45,477 bases of DNA from an uncultured Candidatus Actinomarina sp. (GTDB lineage: Bacteria > Actinomycetota > Acidimicrobiia > Actinomarinales > Actinomarinaceae). This document shows positions 18,510 through 28,108 of this stretch, in pieces. Each line of letters begins with the position of its first letter. The first letter of the stretch is position 1. Made by a program: the position numbers and the translations under genes. Below the pieces are notes generated by a model. That model made no database searches. It saw nothing but the letters and a program-made list of their open reading frames with translations, and had not been told where the DNA came from. Location: positions 1-45,477 of the forward strand of contig CABXDM010000004.1 in the NCBI GenBank assembly GCA_902510965.1. The letters are read 5' to 3'.

Positions 18510-19783
18510 ATCCTGAAAAAAAGCTTTCAGGTGAAATTTCCCTTATAGGTGATAAGTCAATTTCTCACAGATCTATAATATTTGGATCCATAGCTGAGGG
18601 AGTATCTGAGTTTTCTAATGTTCTAATATCTGGAGATACAACCGCAACTATTGAAATCTTCAACTCTTTAGGCGTAAACATAGAGGTTAAAGAACACAAT
18701 ACTCTCGTTATTCATGGCGTAGGGCTTAACGGTCTATCTAAGTCAAAACAGGCCCTAGATGCAAAAAGTTCAGGAACCACTGCCCGTCTTCTAACAGGTT
18801 TGCTTGCTAGGCAAAACTTTTCCTCAGAGTTGATCGGAAGTAGTCAATTAAGTAAAAGACCAATGGGAAGGGTCATTAATCTTTTAACTGAGCATGGTTC
18901 AGGTATTAAATCTAATGAAGGGTATTTACCAATAAAGTTTGAACAAACAGAATCTGCATTCAACACTATAAATACAATTGTTCCTAGCGCACAGGTAAAA
19001 AGTGCCTTAATTATAGCTTCTTTATATCACCCAGAACCAACTGTAATAACAGAGGACGTTCCCACAAGAGACCATACAGAGAGGATGCTTTCACATATGG
19101 GAGTGGGGTTAGTCAGGATGGGTTCATCTATCACTGTTCCTCCCAACCAGATTTTGAAACCTAGCAGTTTTAGGATACCCTCAGATATATCATCTGCAGC
19201 CTTTCTTATTGCAATAGGTATTTTGTCGTCAGATAAAATAGTTCTCAATAAAGTTCTTATCAATGAAAGGCGTATTGGTTTTCTCAAGATTCTAAAAAGA
19301 ATGAATGCGAACATCACAATTAGCAATATCACTGAAGTTGGAAATGAACTAATAGGCGATATAGAAGTTATTAAGTCAGAATTAATAGCTACACAGATAG
19401 AGCCTGATGAGATTCCCGACCTAATTGATGAGATTCCTTTATTGACCTTTTTAGCATCTCAAGCAGAAGGAGAGACAACTTTGAGAGGTGCCGAGGAGTT
19501 AAGAATAAAAGAATCGGATCGTCTTGAATCTATGAAAGAGTTTATACAAACCCTAAATGGAAAAATTAAAATGTATCCTGATGGATTTAAAATAACAGGG
19601 AAGCAAAATTTAGATGCGGGAGTCATCAAAACAAAAGATGATCATAGGATTTCGATGACAGCTTTAGTAGCTAACTTAACCCTTAGTAAGAAAATCCTTC
19701 CTGATAATATTCAATGTATTAACGATTCGTATCCTTCGTTCTTTGATGATATAAACAAAATAGGTGGTGAGATAATTGAATAA
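18506..19783 (+). CDS. aroA: EPSP synthase
   Basis: GDKSISHR, SGTTARL, RPM, SAQVKSA, RDHTERML, ELRIKESDR, DHR. Confidence 0.97.
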   Translation: MNPEKKLSGEISLIGDKSISHRSIIFGSIAEGVSEFSNVLISGDTTATIEIFNSLGVNIEVKEHNTLVIHGVGLNGLSKSKQALDAKSSGTTARLLTGLLARQNFSSELIGSSQLSKRPMGRVINLLTEHGSGIKSNEGYLPIKFEQTESAFNTINTIVPSAQVKSALIIASLYHPEPTVITEDVPTRDHTERMLSHMGVGLVRMGSSITVPPNQILKPSSFRIPSDISSAAFLIAIGILSSDKIVLNKVLINERRIGFLKILKRMNANITISNITEVGNELIGDIEVIKSELIATQIEPDEIPDLIDEIPLLTFLASQAEGETTLRGAEELRIKESDRLESMKEFIQTLNGKIKMYPDGFKITGKQNLDAGVIKTKDDHRISMTALVANLTLSKKILPDNIQCINDSYPSFFDDINKIGGEIIE

Positions 19784-20561
19784 ATTTGGAGTACTTGGTT
19801 GGCCTCTGACGAATACATTTTCACCACAGATACATGAATTGTTATTTGTTCACACTGGTATTAAAGGTTCTTACAGTTCAATCAGAGAAGAAAATATTAA
19901 TCAAGAAACTATTTTAAAAATAAATCAAGGCTTTGATGGATACAACATTACAATTCCACACAAAGAAAAAATACTGAATTTAGACAATACTGCAATCCTT
20001 AGTAAAAGTGTTTTAGAAATTGGAGCTTGCAATACGGTTTTAATTAAAAATTCAAGAATGTATTTATTCAATACTGACTTTTCTGGCTTTAGGGACTTTC
20101 TAGATATGATTGATCACAACTTTAATAATAAGGAAGTGTTAATTCTTGGTTCTGGTGGAAGTTCAAAGGCAATAGCATATTCTTTAAAACTATTAAATAT
20201 TAAATATCACATCGTAAGTCGATCACTTAGAGATAATACTATTTCATATAATGATGTTCCTAATTTCAGTTCTAAAATAGGAATGGTCATTAACACAACC
20301 CCTGTAGGCATGCCGCCATATGAAAATGCTGAACTACCAATAAAGTGGCATGAATTAGTTAATTTACAAACTGTAATCAATCTCGGTTATGGTCCAGAAA
20401 ATACTTTTTTAAATAATTTTGATGATTCAATCTTAAAATATGATGGATTGGGAATGTTAATCTGTCAGGCTATAGAGTCTTTTAATATATGGACATCTGC
20501 AGCAGTTAGTACAAGTAGTATTTATGGTGAAGTGTTAAATAAATTGGAAGGTGAAAAGTGA
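19776..20561 (+). CDS. aroE: Shikimate dehydrogenase
   Basis: SPQIH, NITIPHKE, GACNT, NTDFSGF, LGSGGS, INTTPVGM, DGLGML..QA. Confidence 0.95.
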   Translation: MNKFGVLGWPLTNTFSPQIHELLFVHTGIKGSYSSIREENINQETILKINQGFDGYNITIPHKEKILNLDNTAILSKSVLEIGACNTVLIKNSRMYLFNTDFSGFRDFLDMIDHNFNNKEVLILGSGGSSKAIAYSLKLLNIKYHIVSRSLRDNTISYNDVPNFSSKIGMVINTTPVGMPPYENAELPIKWHELVNLQTVINLGYGPENTFLNNFDDSILKYDGLGMLICQAIESFNIWTSAAVSTSSIYGEVLNKLEGEK

Positions 20562-21730
20562 TTAGATATCTAACCGCAGGCGAAAGCCACGGACCCGAGT
20601 TAACTGGAATTCTAGAAGGGATACCCGCTGGTTTCAATATTTCGAAAAAATATATAGATAGCTTTTTACAGAGGAGACAAAAAGGTGTTGGTTCCGGGGG
20701 CAGAATGAACATTGAACAGGATGAAGTTTTAATTAGTTCAGGAGTAGTTAATGGAGTTTCTACTGGAGCGCCAATTGCTATACGAATATTAAATAAAGAT
20801 TGGAAAAACTGGAAAGATAAGGATATAGACCCCTATGTAGTACCAAGGCCGGGACATGCAGATTTAGTTGGAACAGCAAAGTATAACCATGAAGATATCA
20901 GATTAGTCTTAGAAAGAGCAAGTGCCAGAGAAACTGCTATGAGAACTGCAATAGGAGCGATTGCAGCAGAGGTTCTGGAAGAACTAGGGATTGAAGTTAC
21001 AGGTTACGTATCAGCAATAGGAGACATCACCTATCAAAATAACATTAAAGATAAAATCGAGAGGGATAAAGTTACAGAGTCTGATGTTGGATGTCCTGAG
21101 ACTGCAACTAGTAAATTGATGGAAGAAGAGATTCTTTCAGCAAGAAAAAATAAGGATACCCTTGGGGGCTCCATAACATGTGTAGCAACAGGAGTTCCAG
21201 CTACAATTGGTAGCTTCGTACACTGGGATAAAAAACTTGATGCAATTCTCGCAAAACAGTTTATGTCTGTTCAAAGTGTAAAGGCTGTCGAGATTGGAAA
21301 AGGAGTTGATATTGCTAAAAAATTTGGTACAGAAGTTCAAGATCAATACTCTCTAGATGGAAAAAAAATAACCAAGATTTCGAATAACCTCGGAGGTTTT
21401 GAGGGAGGTATGACAAATGGTGAAGAATTACACATCACGGCATATTTAAAACCAATTAGCACTACTTTAACCCCGATAAGCAGCATAGATTTAGCCGAAA
21501 AAATTGAAACTGAAACAGTCTATGAACGTTCTGATACATGTGCTGTGCCAAGAGCTATACCAATATTTGAAGCAATCATGGCATTTGAAATATTAAATAA
21601 CCTATTAATCAAAACAGGAGGAGATCATAAAAAAGAAATAACTCAAAGTTTCAACAACATTCCGAAACTTGAAATTGACGAATTCGAGATAAAAAATGAA
21701 TTATGGAGTATGAAATACGATGTCGAGTAA
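20558..21730 (+). CDS. aroC: Chorismate synthase
   Basis: TAGESHG, PRPGHAD, ERASARETA, NNLGGFEGG, KPIST, ERSD. Confidence 0.98.
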   Translation: MIRYLTAGESHGPELTGILEGIPAGFNISKKYIDSFLQRRQKGVGSGGRMNIEQDEVLISSGVVNGVSTGAPIAIRILNKDWKNWKDKDIDPYVVPRPGHADLVGTAKYNHEDIRLVLERASARETAMRTAIGAIAAEVLEELGIEVTGYVSAIGDITYQNNIKDKIERDKVTESDVGCPETATSKLMEEEILSARKNKDTLGGSITCVATGVPATIGSFVHWDKKLDAILAKQFMSVQSVKAVEIGKGVDIAKKFGTEVQDQYSLDGKKITKISNNLGGFEGGMTNGEELHITAYLKPISTTLTPISSIDLAEKIETETVYERSDTCAVPRAIPIFEAIMAFEILNNLLIKTGGDHKKEITQSFNNIPKLEIDEFEIKNELWSMKYDVE

Positions 21731-22232
21731 TACAGCTTTTTTAGTTGGGTTTATGGGTTCTGGAAAATCTTCTATTTTAAATATCTTAAAACTGAATACA
21801 GAAATTCATACTATTGACTTAGATGACTTTGTATTAAGCGAAAGTAAAGATGATTTAGAAAGTATTGAGCAATTGTTTGAAAAACACGGAGAGGAATATT
21901 TTAGAGACTGTGAAGTTAAAGCTTTTCAGAAAATTTATCAAAATCCCAACACAGTGGTTTCTCTTGGTGGAGGATCGATGATATCTAGCCCTATTAAATC
22001 TGCGGTATTAAAATCCGAACGTGCTTTTTACTTAAAAAATGAATTTGAAAATCTATGGAAAAATATTAAAGACAGTAAAAGACCGTTAGTAACTACCGGA
22101 AAAGATAATGTAATGAAAATTTATCTTGATAGACTTCATACATATAAGCACTGTAAAAATACAATCGACATGTCTAAACATAGTCTTCAAGAAGCTTCAG
22201 AAATCATCATCAAGCGACTAGGTTGGGTATAA
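21720..22232 (+). CDS. aroK: Shikimate kinase
   Basis: GFMGSGKS, DLD, GEEYFR, SLGGG, RPL. Confidence 0.93.
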   Translation: MSSNTAFLVGFMGSGKSSILNILKLNTEIHTIDLDDFVLSESKDDLESIEQLFEKHGEEYFRDCEVKAFQKIYQNPNTVVSLGGGSMISSPIKSAVLKSERAFYLKNEFENLWKNIKDSKRPLVTTGKDNVMKIYLDRLHTYKHCKNTIDMSKHSLQEASEIIIKRLGWV

Positions 22233-22233
22233 A

Positions 22234-23241
22234 TTGCAAGAATCAAATGTCCAATACTTTAAAAACTTAAATGAATTACTGATTTATTGTGATAAATTAA
22301 CCGAGGACAAAATCTCTAGGACCTACATTGATAAACAAGTTTTAGTTAAATTTCCGCAACTTAAAAAATTTTCCAAAGAATTTAAAGAGATTGAAATTAA
22401 AGAAGATAAAAAAAATCTAGATACTGTATCAAAAATTTGGGAAGATATGTTTGAGAAGTCCATACAAAGAAGTTCAACTGTCTTATGCATCGGGGGAGGA
22501 GCATTATCCGATGCTGTTGGATTTGCTTCAAGTACATATAAAAGAGGTACTGGACTTGTAATAATCCCTACAACACTTTTATCAATGGTTGATGCTGCAC
22601 ACGGTGGAAAAAATGGAATTAATACTACACACGGAAAAAATCAAATTGGAACTTTTATGATGCCTGATCAGGTATTAATCTGCCCAGAGTTTTTAGGAGA
22701 ACTACCAGAAAAACAAATTAAAAATGGGTTGATTGAATTAATCAAAGCAGGATTCTTAAAGAGTCCTGAATTAGTTCAACAGGTTTATGAGACCGATATC
22801 TCGAAAGTTAATATCGAACTTATAAAAGCAGCAGTAGACATTAAAAACGAAATAATAAAAAATGACTTTAAAGAAAGTTCTGAGAGAATGTATTTAAACT
22901 TTGGTCATACTATTGGACATCTAATTGAGGTAGATTCCAAACATAGTATTCCCCACGGCGAAGCAGTAGGTATAGGAATTTTAAAAGCCCTAAAAATATC
23001 GGAAAAAATGTGTAATTTAGATAAAAATATTTCTGACCATTTTGAAAATTTTCTAAAAAAGTTAGACCTTAATGTAGATTATAAGTTTAGTAGTAATCCA
23101 GAACAGCTTAAAGAATTATTGTTTAATGATAAAAAATTTTCTAAGGATATTGTGAAGTACGTTCTTCTTGAAAATATTGGAAATCCAGTTTTAGTTGATT
23201 TCAACTTAAATGATTTACTTAACGAGGTAACCTATGCATAA
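22234..23241 (+). CDS. aroB: 3-dehydroquinate synthase
   Basis: GGGALSD, PTTLLSMVDA..GGKNG, KNQIG, LNFGHTIGH, HGEAV, DKK. Confidence 0.96.
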   Translation: MQESNVQYFKNLNELLIYCDKLTEDKISRTYIDKQVLVKFPQLKKFSKEFKEIEIKEDKKNLDTVSKIWEDMFEKSIQRSSTVLCIGGGALSDAVGFASSTYKRGTGLVIIPTTLLSMVDAAHGGKNGINTTHGKNQIGTFMMPDQVLICPEFLGELPEKQIKNGLIELIKAGFLKSPELVQQVYETDISKVNIELIKAAVDIKNEIIKNDFKESSERMYLNFGHTIGHLIEVDSKHSIPHGEAVGIGILKALKISEKMCNLDKNISDHFENFLKKLDLNVDYKFSSNPEQLKELLFNDKKFSKDIVKYVLLENIGNPVLVDFNLNDLLNEVTYA

Positions 23242-23665
23242 AATACTTGTGGTTAATGGTCCAAATATTAATATGTTAGGAATTAGAGAGCTAGATAAGT
23301 ATGGAAAAACTTCTTATCAAGAACTAAAGGACATCATACAAGATTATTCGATTGATAAATTTCATCTAGAAACCTATCAATCAAACGTTGAAGGGGAAAT
23401 TGTATCAAAGCTTCATAAAGCAATAGAAGAGGATATAGACGGCCTAATAATTAACCCAGGAGCATATACACATACCAGTATTGCAATTAGAGATGCGCTA
23501 GCGATACTTAAGATACCCTCAATTGAAGTACACATTAGTAATATAAAAAACAGGGAAGATTTTAGACAAGTAAACTTAATATCAGATTTTTGTGATTTGA
23601 CTATCACTGGAAAAGGTATCGATGGCTATATCGAGGCAATCGATTATTTATATGAAAAATATTAA
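23234..23665 (+). CDS. aroQ: Type II 3-dehydroquinate dehydratase
   Basis: NGPNINMLG.RE..YG, QSNVEG, INPGAYTHTS, EVHISN..REDFR. Confidence 0.96.
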   Translation: MHKILVVNGPNINMLGIRELDKYGKTSYQELKDIIQDYSIDKFHLETYQSNVEGEIVSKLHKAIEEDIDGLIINPGAYTHTSIAIRDALAILKIPSIEVHISNIKNREDFRQVNLISDFCDLTITGKGIDGYIEAIDYLYEKY

Positions 23666-24470
23666 TAAAATATATTATCAAGGCTCAAAAGGTTCTTATT
23701 CAGAGTCTGTTTTAAAAAGCTATTTTCCTAATAAGCAATACGTTGAATGTCAGACTTTCAGAGAGGTTGTTGCCCAGGCGGGTGAAGATAATTATGGTTT
23801 ACTCCCTGTTGAAAATTCACTGGTAGGGACTGTTGTAGATTCTTACGAAAATTTAATTCAGAGTGAATTAAATGTGTACGGAGAGTTCAAGAAAAAAATT
23901 ACACACGCACTTATCGGATTAAAAAATTCAAAAATTGAAAATATTGAAAGAGTTATTTCTCATCCACAAGCTCTTCAGCAATGTAGCAACTTTTTACAAG
24001 ACATGAATGTACAACTTCAACCAGTTTTTGATACAGCTGGAAGTGTCTTAAGTTTATTAGATGAAGAATCTGAAACTATCGCTGGAATTGCAGGGGAGCA
24101 TTTTGAAGATGATCATCGTTTTAAAGTTCTAAAAAAAAGCATTTCAAATCATGTAGAAAACTATACTCGTTTCTTTCTTGTCGGGGATCAAGATCCTAAT
24201 CTTGAGGTATCTAAAAATAAAAGATCCGCAATATTGATAGCAGATGACAAGCCTGGCTCATTACTCTCTGCTCTGAAAATATTTGAGGAGACTAACGTTA
24301 ATTTAACAAAATTAGAATCTAGGCCGATCATTGGAAGTCCGTGGGAGTATAAATTTTATATTGATTACCAAAACTCTGTTGCTGATATTGATACTCAATT
24401 GAAAGATAAATTAGATTTGGTAACAAAAAAGTTTAAAATAATAGGTAGATACGGAACTATTGACCTTTAA
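23652..24470 (+). CDS. pheA: Prephenate dehydratase with ACT domain (probable ATG start at 23652)
   Basis: LPVENS..G, SHPQALQQC, NYTRF, PGSL, NLTKLESRP, YKFYID. Confidence 0.95.
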   Translation: MKNINKIYYQGSKGSYSESVLKSYFPNKQYVECQTFREVVAQAGEDNYGLLPVENSLVGTVVDSYENLIQSELNVYGEFKKKITHALIGLKNSKIENIERVISHPQALQQCSNFLQDMNVQLQPVFDTAGSVLSLLDEESETIAGIAGEHFEDDHRFKVLKKSISNHVENYTRFFLVGDQDPNLEVSKNKRSAILIADDKPGSLLSALKIFEETNVNLTKLESRPIIGSPWEYKFYIDYQNSVADIDTQLKDKLDLVTKKFKIIGRYGTIDL

Positions 24471-25533
24471 ATTTCCAGCTTGAACCTGTTTTATTGTCTT
24501 CAATTGTTATATCAAGGTTATCGAGTAGATCCCGAATTTCATCAGATTCACTATATTTCTTTTCAATCCTAAATTTATTTCGCAAATTAATAATTTCTAA
24601 TATTGTTTTATCAAATAAAGTTGTAAAGTCATTATTATTTTTTATCTCTAAGTTAAGTTTTGCTATCTCTTTTTTGAGAGAATTTACATCAATATTATCT
24701 GAAGAGGTTTTTTTAGGTTGCTGCTCTTTCTTATTTGTTGCTTGAAGAATGCTTTGTAATTCTGAAAGTGAATATTCGTTTCCTGCTTCAAAAACTTTCT
24801 GACCATTACTTGTCTTAACTGTAACTGATCCAATTCCATCGACACTGAATATTTCCTTTTCACCATTGATCACAAGTGCAGTATGTTCATCAATTCCTAA
24901 AATATTTGTATACTCCCCATCAATTAGCATATTTAATCTATTTTTACCTATATAGCTACAGCTTGTATCGTGATTACCACCCTCTTTATTATTAAAATGA
25001 GGAACAACTGTACAACTTAACCCATAAAGCTCAAGTGTATTTAACCCTTCTTCCCAGAAAGGAGTCATTCCAACTTTGTATATTTCATAAACTGGGATTG
25101 TTTTCTCTCCCAAAGTAGAAGCAGCTGCGCTTGAAAATACCGCGTTCTTACCATCCTTTAGATGATTCGTAATTACATTTGGGATGTCTGAATGTAACCA
25201 TGTTTTAGAAGCATAGCTAGGACTACCAGGACCAGAAAATATGAAATTTGAACTTTTGAGCTGTTCAAGCATTTCAAAATATTCAACCGAGTCAATATTA
25301 TTAGTATTTCTTAAACTAGCTAATTTAATTTCTATCTGGACACTTTTTTTAAAAAAGAGTTGTAATTTATCAACGAGTACATTTGCATTTTCTTGAAATC
25401 CAAAAGGAGTATCTATTAAAAATGCATTTACCTGGTTGTCTAACATTTCAACAAACTTTCTGTGAACAGAAACAAGCGCAGGACTAGTTTCTCCTGAACC
25501 CATGATTGCAATGCTACCTTTAACTATTTCCAT
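24457..25533 (-). CDS. Peptidase S51 / class I glutamine amidotransferase-like protein fused to a CysRS C-terminal-like domain
   Basis: GSGE, FSGPGSP, nucleophile elbow FSSAAA, VVPHFNN (His), LGIDEHTA (Glu); C-terminus LRNKFR..KKYSESDEIRDLL..LDITIED..TGSSW resembles the CysRS C-terminus. Confidence 0.8.
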   Translation of the reverse strand: MEIVKGSIAIMGSGETSPALVSVHRKFVEMLDNQVNAFLIDTPFGFQENANVLVDKLQLFFKKSVQIEIKLASLRNTNNIDSVEYFEMLEQLKSSNFIFSGPGSPSYASKTWLHSDIPNVITNHLKDGKNAVFSSAAASTLGEKTIPVYEIYKVGMTPFWEEGLNTLELYGLSCTVVPHFNNKEGGNHDTSCSYIGKNRLNMLIDGEYTNILGIDEHTALVINGEKEIFSVDGIGSVTVKTSNGQKVFEAGNEYSLSELQSILQATNKKEQQPKKTSSDNIDVNSLKKEIAKLNLEIKNNNDFTTLFDKTILEIINLRNKFRIEKKYSESDEIRDLLDNLDITIEDNKTGSSWKFKGQ

Positions 25534-25585
25534 TTAAACTATTATAGGGATTTCTTGAATCTTCCATAAAATGTATAATTAAAGT

Positions 25586-26584
25586 ATGTTAAAACTTATT
25601 ATTAAGATTCTTGAAGTTTTCACTTTGGATTACATACCTAAGTTCCCAATTTCTATGAGAACACGCCTATTTTACATAATTTTGCCTCTCAGAAAATATA
25701 GAGATAAGATCCGCATGAGCAAACCAGTTAATCAGGTAACTTACCAAGAAAGAGTTGAATTCGCAAAAGTTTCTCGTGACGGTATAAATTATTCTGGGAT
25801 TAAATTAAATGAATTTCATCCAGATATCGAGATAACAAAGATGGAAAATGCTAAATTCAATACTCACAAGCTAAGTCCAAAGAATCCTAAAACAGATGCA
25901 TATGCAATATATTTTCATGGAGGAGGTTATTATTCTGGAAGTGTAATCTCTCATAAGAATCTGTTATCTCAAATAACAGCATCAATAAATATGGTTACTT
26001 ATATATTTGAATATAGACTCTCTCCTGAAGCGGTATTTCCAAATGCGCACGATGATGCAAAAGAAATAGTTACATTTCTAGATAATATTGAAGAAGGTAA
26101 GAATTCAATATGGATAGGTGAATCTGCTGGTGGTGGATTAGCAACTGGATTATGCGTCGATGACAAATTCTCACTTAGACCTAAAAAACTAGTACTTATG
26201 TCGCCATGGCTAGATTTATCTGATAAAAATAAAGATAGAAATTTTCTCAAAAACAAAGATATTTTAATTTTATTAGATGGGATGCACATGATGGGGGAGT
26301 ATTATTCAGGAGATCATGATCCGTCAAATCCAATTCTCTCGCCTGTTTTTGCAGATATAAAATCATTTCCAGATGTTCTAATTCAAGTCTGCTCTAATGA
26401 GTTGCTTTATAATGATGCAGTTGAATTCTCCAAAAAATTAGAATTGATCAACAGTAAACATGAGTTACAAGTTTGGGATGATTTGTGGCATGCTTGGCAA
26501 TTCTTTCCTATTAAGGAAGCAGAAGAGGCAAGGGAAAAGATAACAAAATTTATTAATACAGAGTCTTACTCTTCATCTAAGTGA
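25586..26584 (+). CDS. Alpha/beta hydrolase, hormone-sensitive lipase family esterase
   Basis: YFHGGGY, EYRLSPE..FP, GESAGG, SPWLD, HAW. Confidence 0.93.
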   Translation: MLKLIIKILEVFTLDYIPKFPISMRTRLFYIILPLRKYRDKIRMSKPVNQVTYQERVEFAKVSRDGINYSGIKLNEFHPDIEITKMENAKFNTHKLSPKNPKTDAYAIYFHGGGYYSGSVISHKNLLSQITASINMVTYIFEYRLSPEAVFPNAHDDAKEIVTFLDNIEEGKNSIWIGESAGGGLATGLCVDDKFSLRPKKLVLMSPWLDLSDKNKDRNFLKNKDILILLDGMHMMGEYYSGDHDPSNPILSPVFADIKSFPDVLIQVCSNELLYNDAVEFSKKLELINSKHELQVWDDLWHAWQFFPIKEAEEAREKITKFINTESYSSSK

Positions 26585-27312
26585 TGTAATGCAAACCCGT
26601 AGGGGAGCTCTAATCGATTTTCCTTCATTACCTTATTGTTAGTAAGCAAATCTTTTGTTTTTCCATTTTCTGTTATTAATCCACTATTAACAACAATACT
26701 TTTTGGACAAATTTCTAAGGCCATCGGCAAATCGTGAGTAACAAGAACTATAGAGATTTCTAATGACAGTAATATATCAATTAATTCTCTTCGTGAAGAG
26801 GGGTCAAGATTTGAGCTGGGCTCATCAAGCACCAAAAGCTGGGGCTTAGATGCAAGGACACTAGCAATAGCGACTTTTCTTTTTTGTCCAAAGCTCAGAT
26901 GATGTGGAGCTTTTTCCTGATAATCATTCATTCCAACCATTTTTAATGCTTCTTCAGCATTCTCTCTACTGGCCTCTTCTGAAAACCCAAAATTCTTTGG
27001 ACCAAACATAACATCTTCTAAGACAGTAGGCATGAACAACTGATCGTCAGGATCTTGAAAAACAACGCCTACTGTTTTTCTAATTTCAGCTAAATTATCT
27101 TCAACAAACTCTAAATTATTTAATTTAATAGAACCATCCATTTCACCAAGGATGCCGTTTAAATGAAGTATTAGGGTAGTTTTTCCTGCACCATTTGGTC
27201 CAAGTATTCCGAGAGAATCACCCTCTTCAAGGTCAAAGCTAATTTCATTAAGAGCTTTATAGCCGTCTGGATATTCGTAGGTTAAATTAGAGATTTCTAA
27301 ATACTTACTCAT
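26566..27312 (-). CDS. cbiO: ECF transporter ATPase (CbiO/NikO)
   Basis: GPNGAGKTT, VFQDPDDQLF, HLSFGQKR, LDEPSSNLD, VTHD. Confidence 0.92.
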   Translation of the reverse strand: MSKYLEISNLTYEYPDGYKALNEISFDLEEGDSLGILGPNGAGKTTLILHLNGILGEMDGSIKLNNLEFVEDNLAEIRKTVGVVFQDPDDQLFMPTVLEDVMFGPKNFGFSEEASRENAEEALKMVGMNDYQEKAPHHLSFGQKRKVAIASVLASKPQLLVLDEPSSNLDPSSRRELIDILLSLEISIVLVTHDLPMALEICPKSIVVNSGLITENGKTKDLLTNNKVMKENRLELPYGFALHHLDEE

Positions 27313-28070
27313 AAGCTAATATCCAAGACTAAAACGAAGACTGATATTGTTGTGAGAAACATTAGATAATTTGATTTGGTATATTCTCTATCTTGTAATT
27401 CAATCACACCGGTAAAACCTCTTGAAATCATTGAAAGATAAACTCTTTCACCACGTTCGTAGCCTCTAATTAGCATAGCTCCTGAGGCATAGGCTATGGG
27501 AAGTAAAGTCTTAATGCCCTTTTCTATATAGCCTCGAGATTGCATTGAAATTTTTACTCTTTTAAATTCATCTATAAAAACATCAATGTATCTGATAGAA
27601 AAGGACATTATTGCGATTATTATTGAGGGCAATCTAAGCTTCTGAAGTCCATAAATTATTTCAATGTTAGTAGTTGTGGCAGTAAGAATAATTCCCATTG
27701 AAAGACCAGCTGTAGCTTTAAAGAGTATTGCAAACATCTCTAGTAGGCCAGTTTTATAGATATCGAAGGTAAAGATAGTTGTAACTACATCATTATTACC
27801 ACTGCTTAAAAAGGGCAAAAATAGTGCAAATAAGATGAAGGGAATATCTAAAGTTAGTCTTTTGAGATAAGTCTTGATCGGAATTTTTGAATATCTAATA
27901 ATAAGAAAAACTATGAGTGTATGGGACAGAATTTGAATGGGATTAATAATTTTTGAAAAAGCAATTGAAATGACAATCAACAATACAGAAAGAATTTTAA
28001 GTTGAGGACTTATGCTATGGAGTTGTGATTTACCATGAAGAGATAAATGATGAGAATGTGTTGTTTGCAT
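27309..28070 (-). CDS. cbiQ: ECF transporter T component (CbiQ/NikQ)
   Basis: Multi-TM; IRYIDV..E..R...SRG and ERGERVY.SM.SRGF motifs; overlaps cbiO. Confidence 0.9.
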   Translation of the reverse strand: MQTTHSHHLSLHGKSQLHSISPQLKILSVLLIVISIAFSKIINPIQILSHTLIVFLIIRYSKIPIKTYLKRLTLDIPFILFALFLPFLSSGNNDVVTTIFTFDIYKTGLLEMFAILFKATAGLSMGIILTATTTNIEIIYGLQKLRLPSIIIAIMSFSIRYIDVFIDEFKRVKISMQSRGYIEKGIKTLLPIAYASGAMLIRGYERGERVYLSMISRGFTGVIELQDREYTKSNYLMFLTTISVFVLVLDISL

Positions 28071-28083
28071 AAGTTCATATTAA

Positions 28084-28098
28084 TGCAAACAGTTTGCA
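28084..28098. promoter_or_regulatory. Fur-family (Nur-type) operator upstream of cbiQ/nikQ
   Basis: Perfect 7-1-7 inverted repeat TGCAAAC-A-GTTTGCA (TGCAA-N5-TTGCA) adjacent to the minus-strand -10 box TAATAT (28077-28082). Confidence 0.75.
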
Positions 28099-28108
28099 AA
28101 TAGAATAA

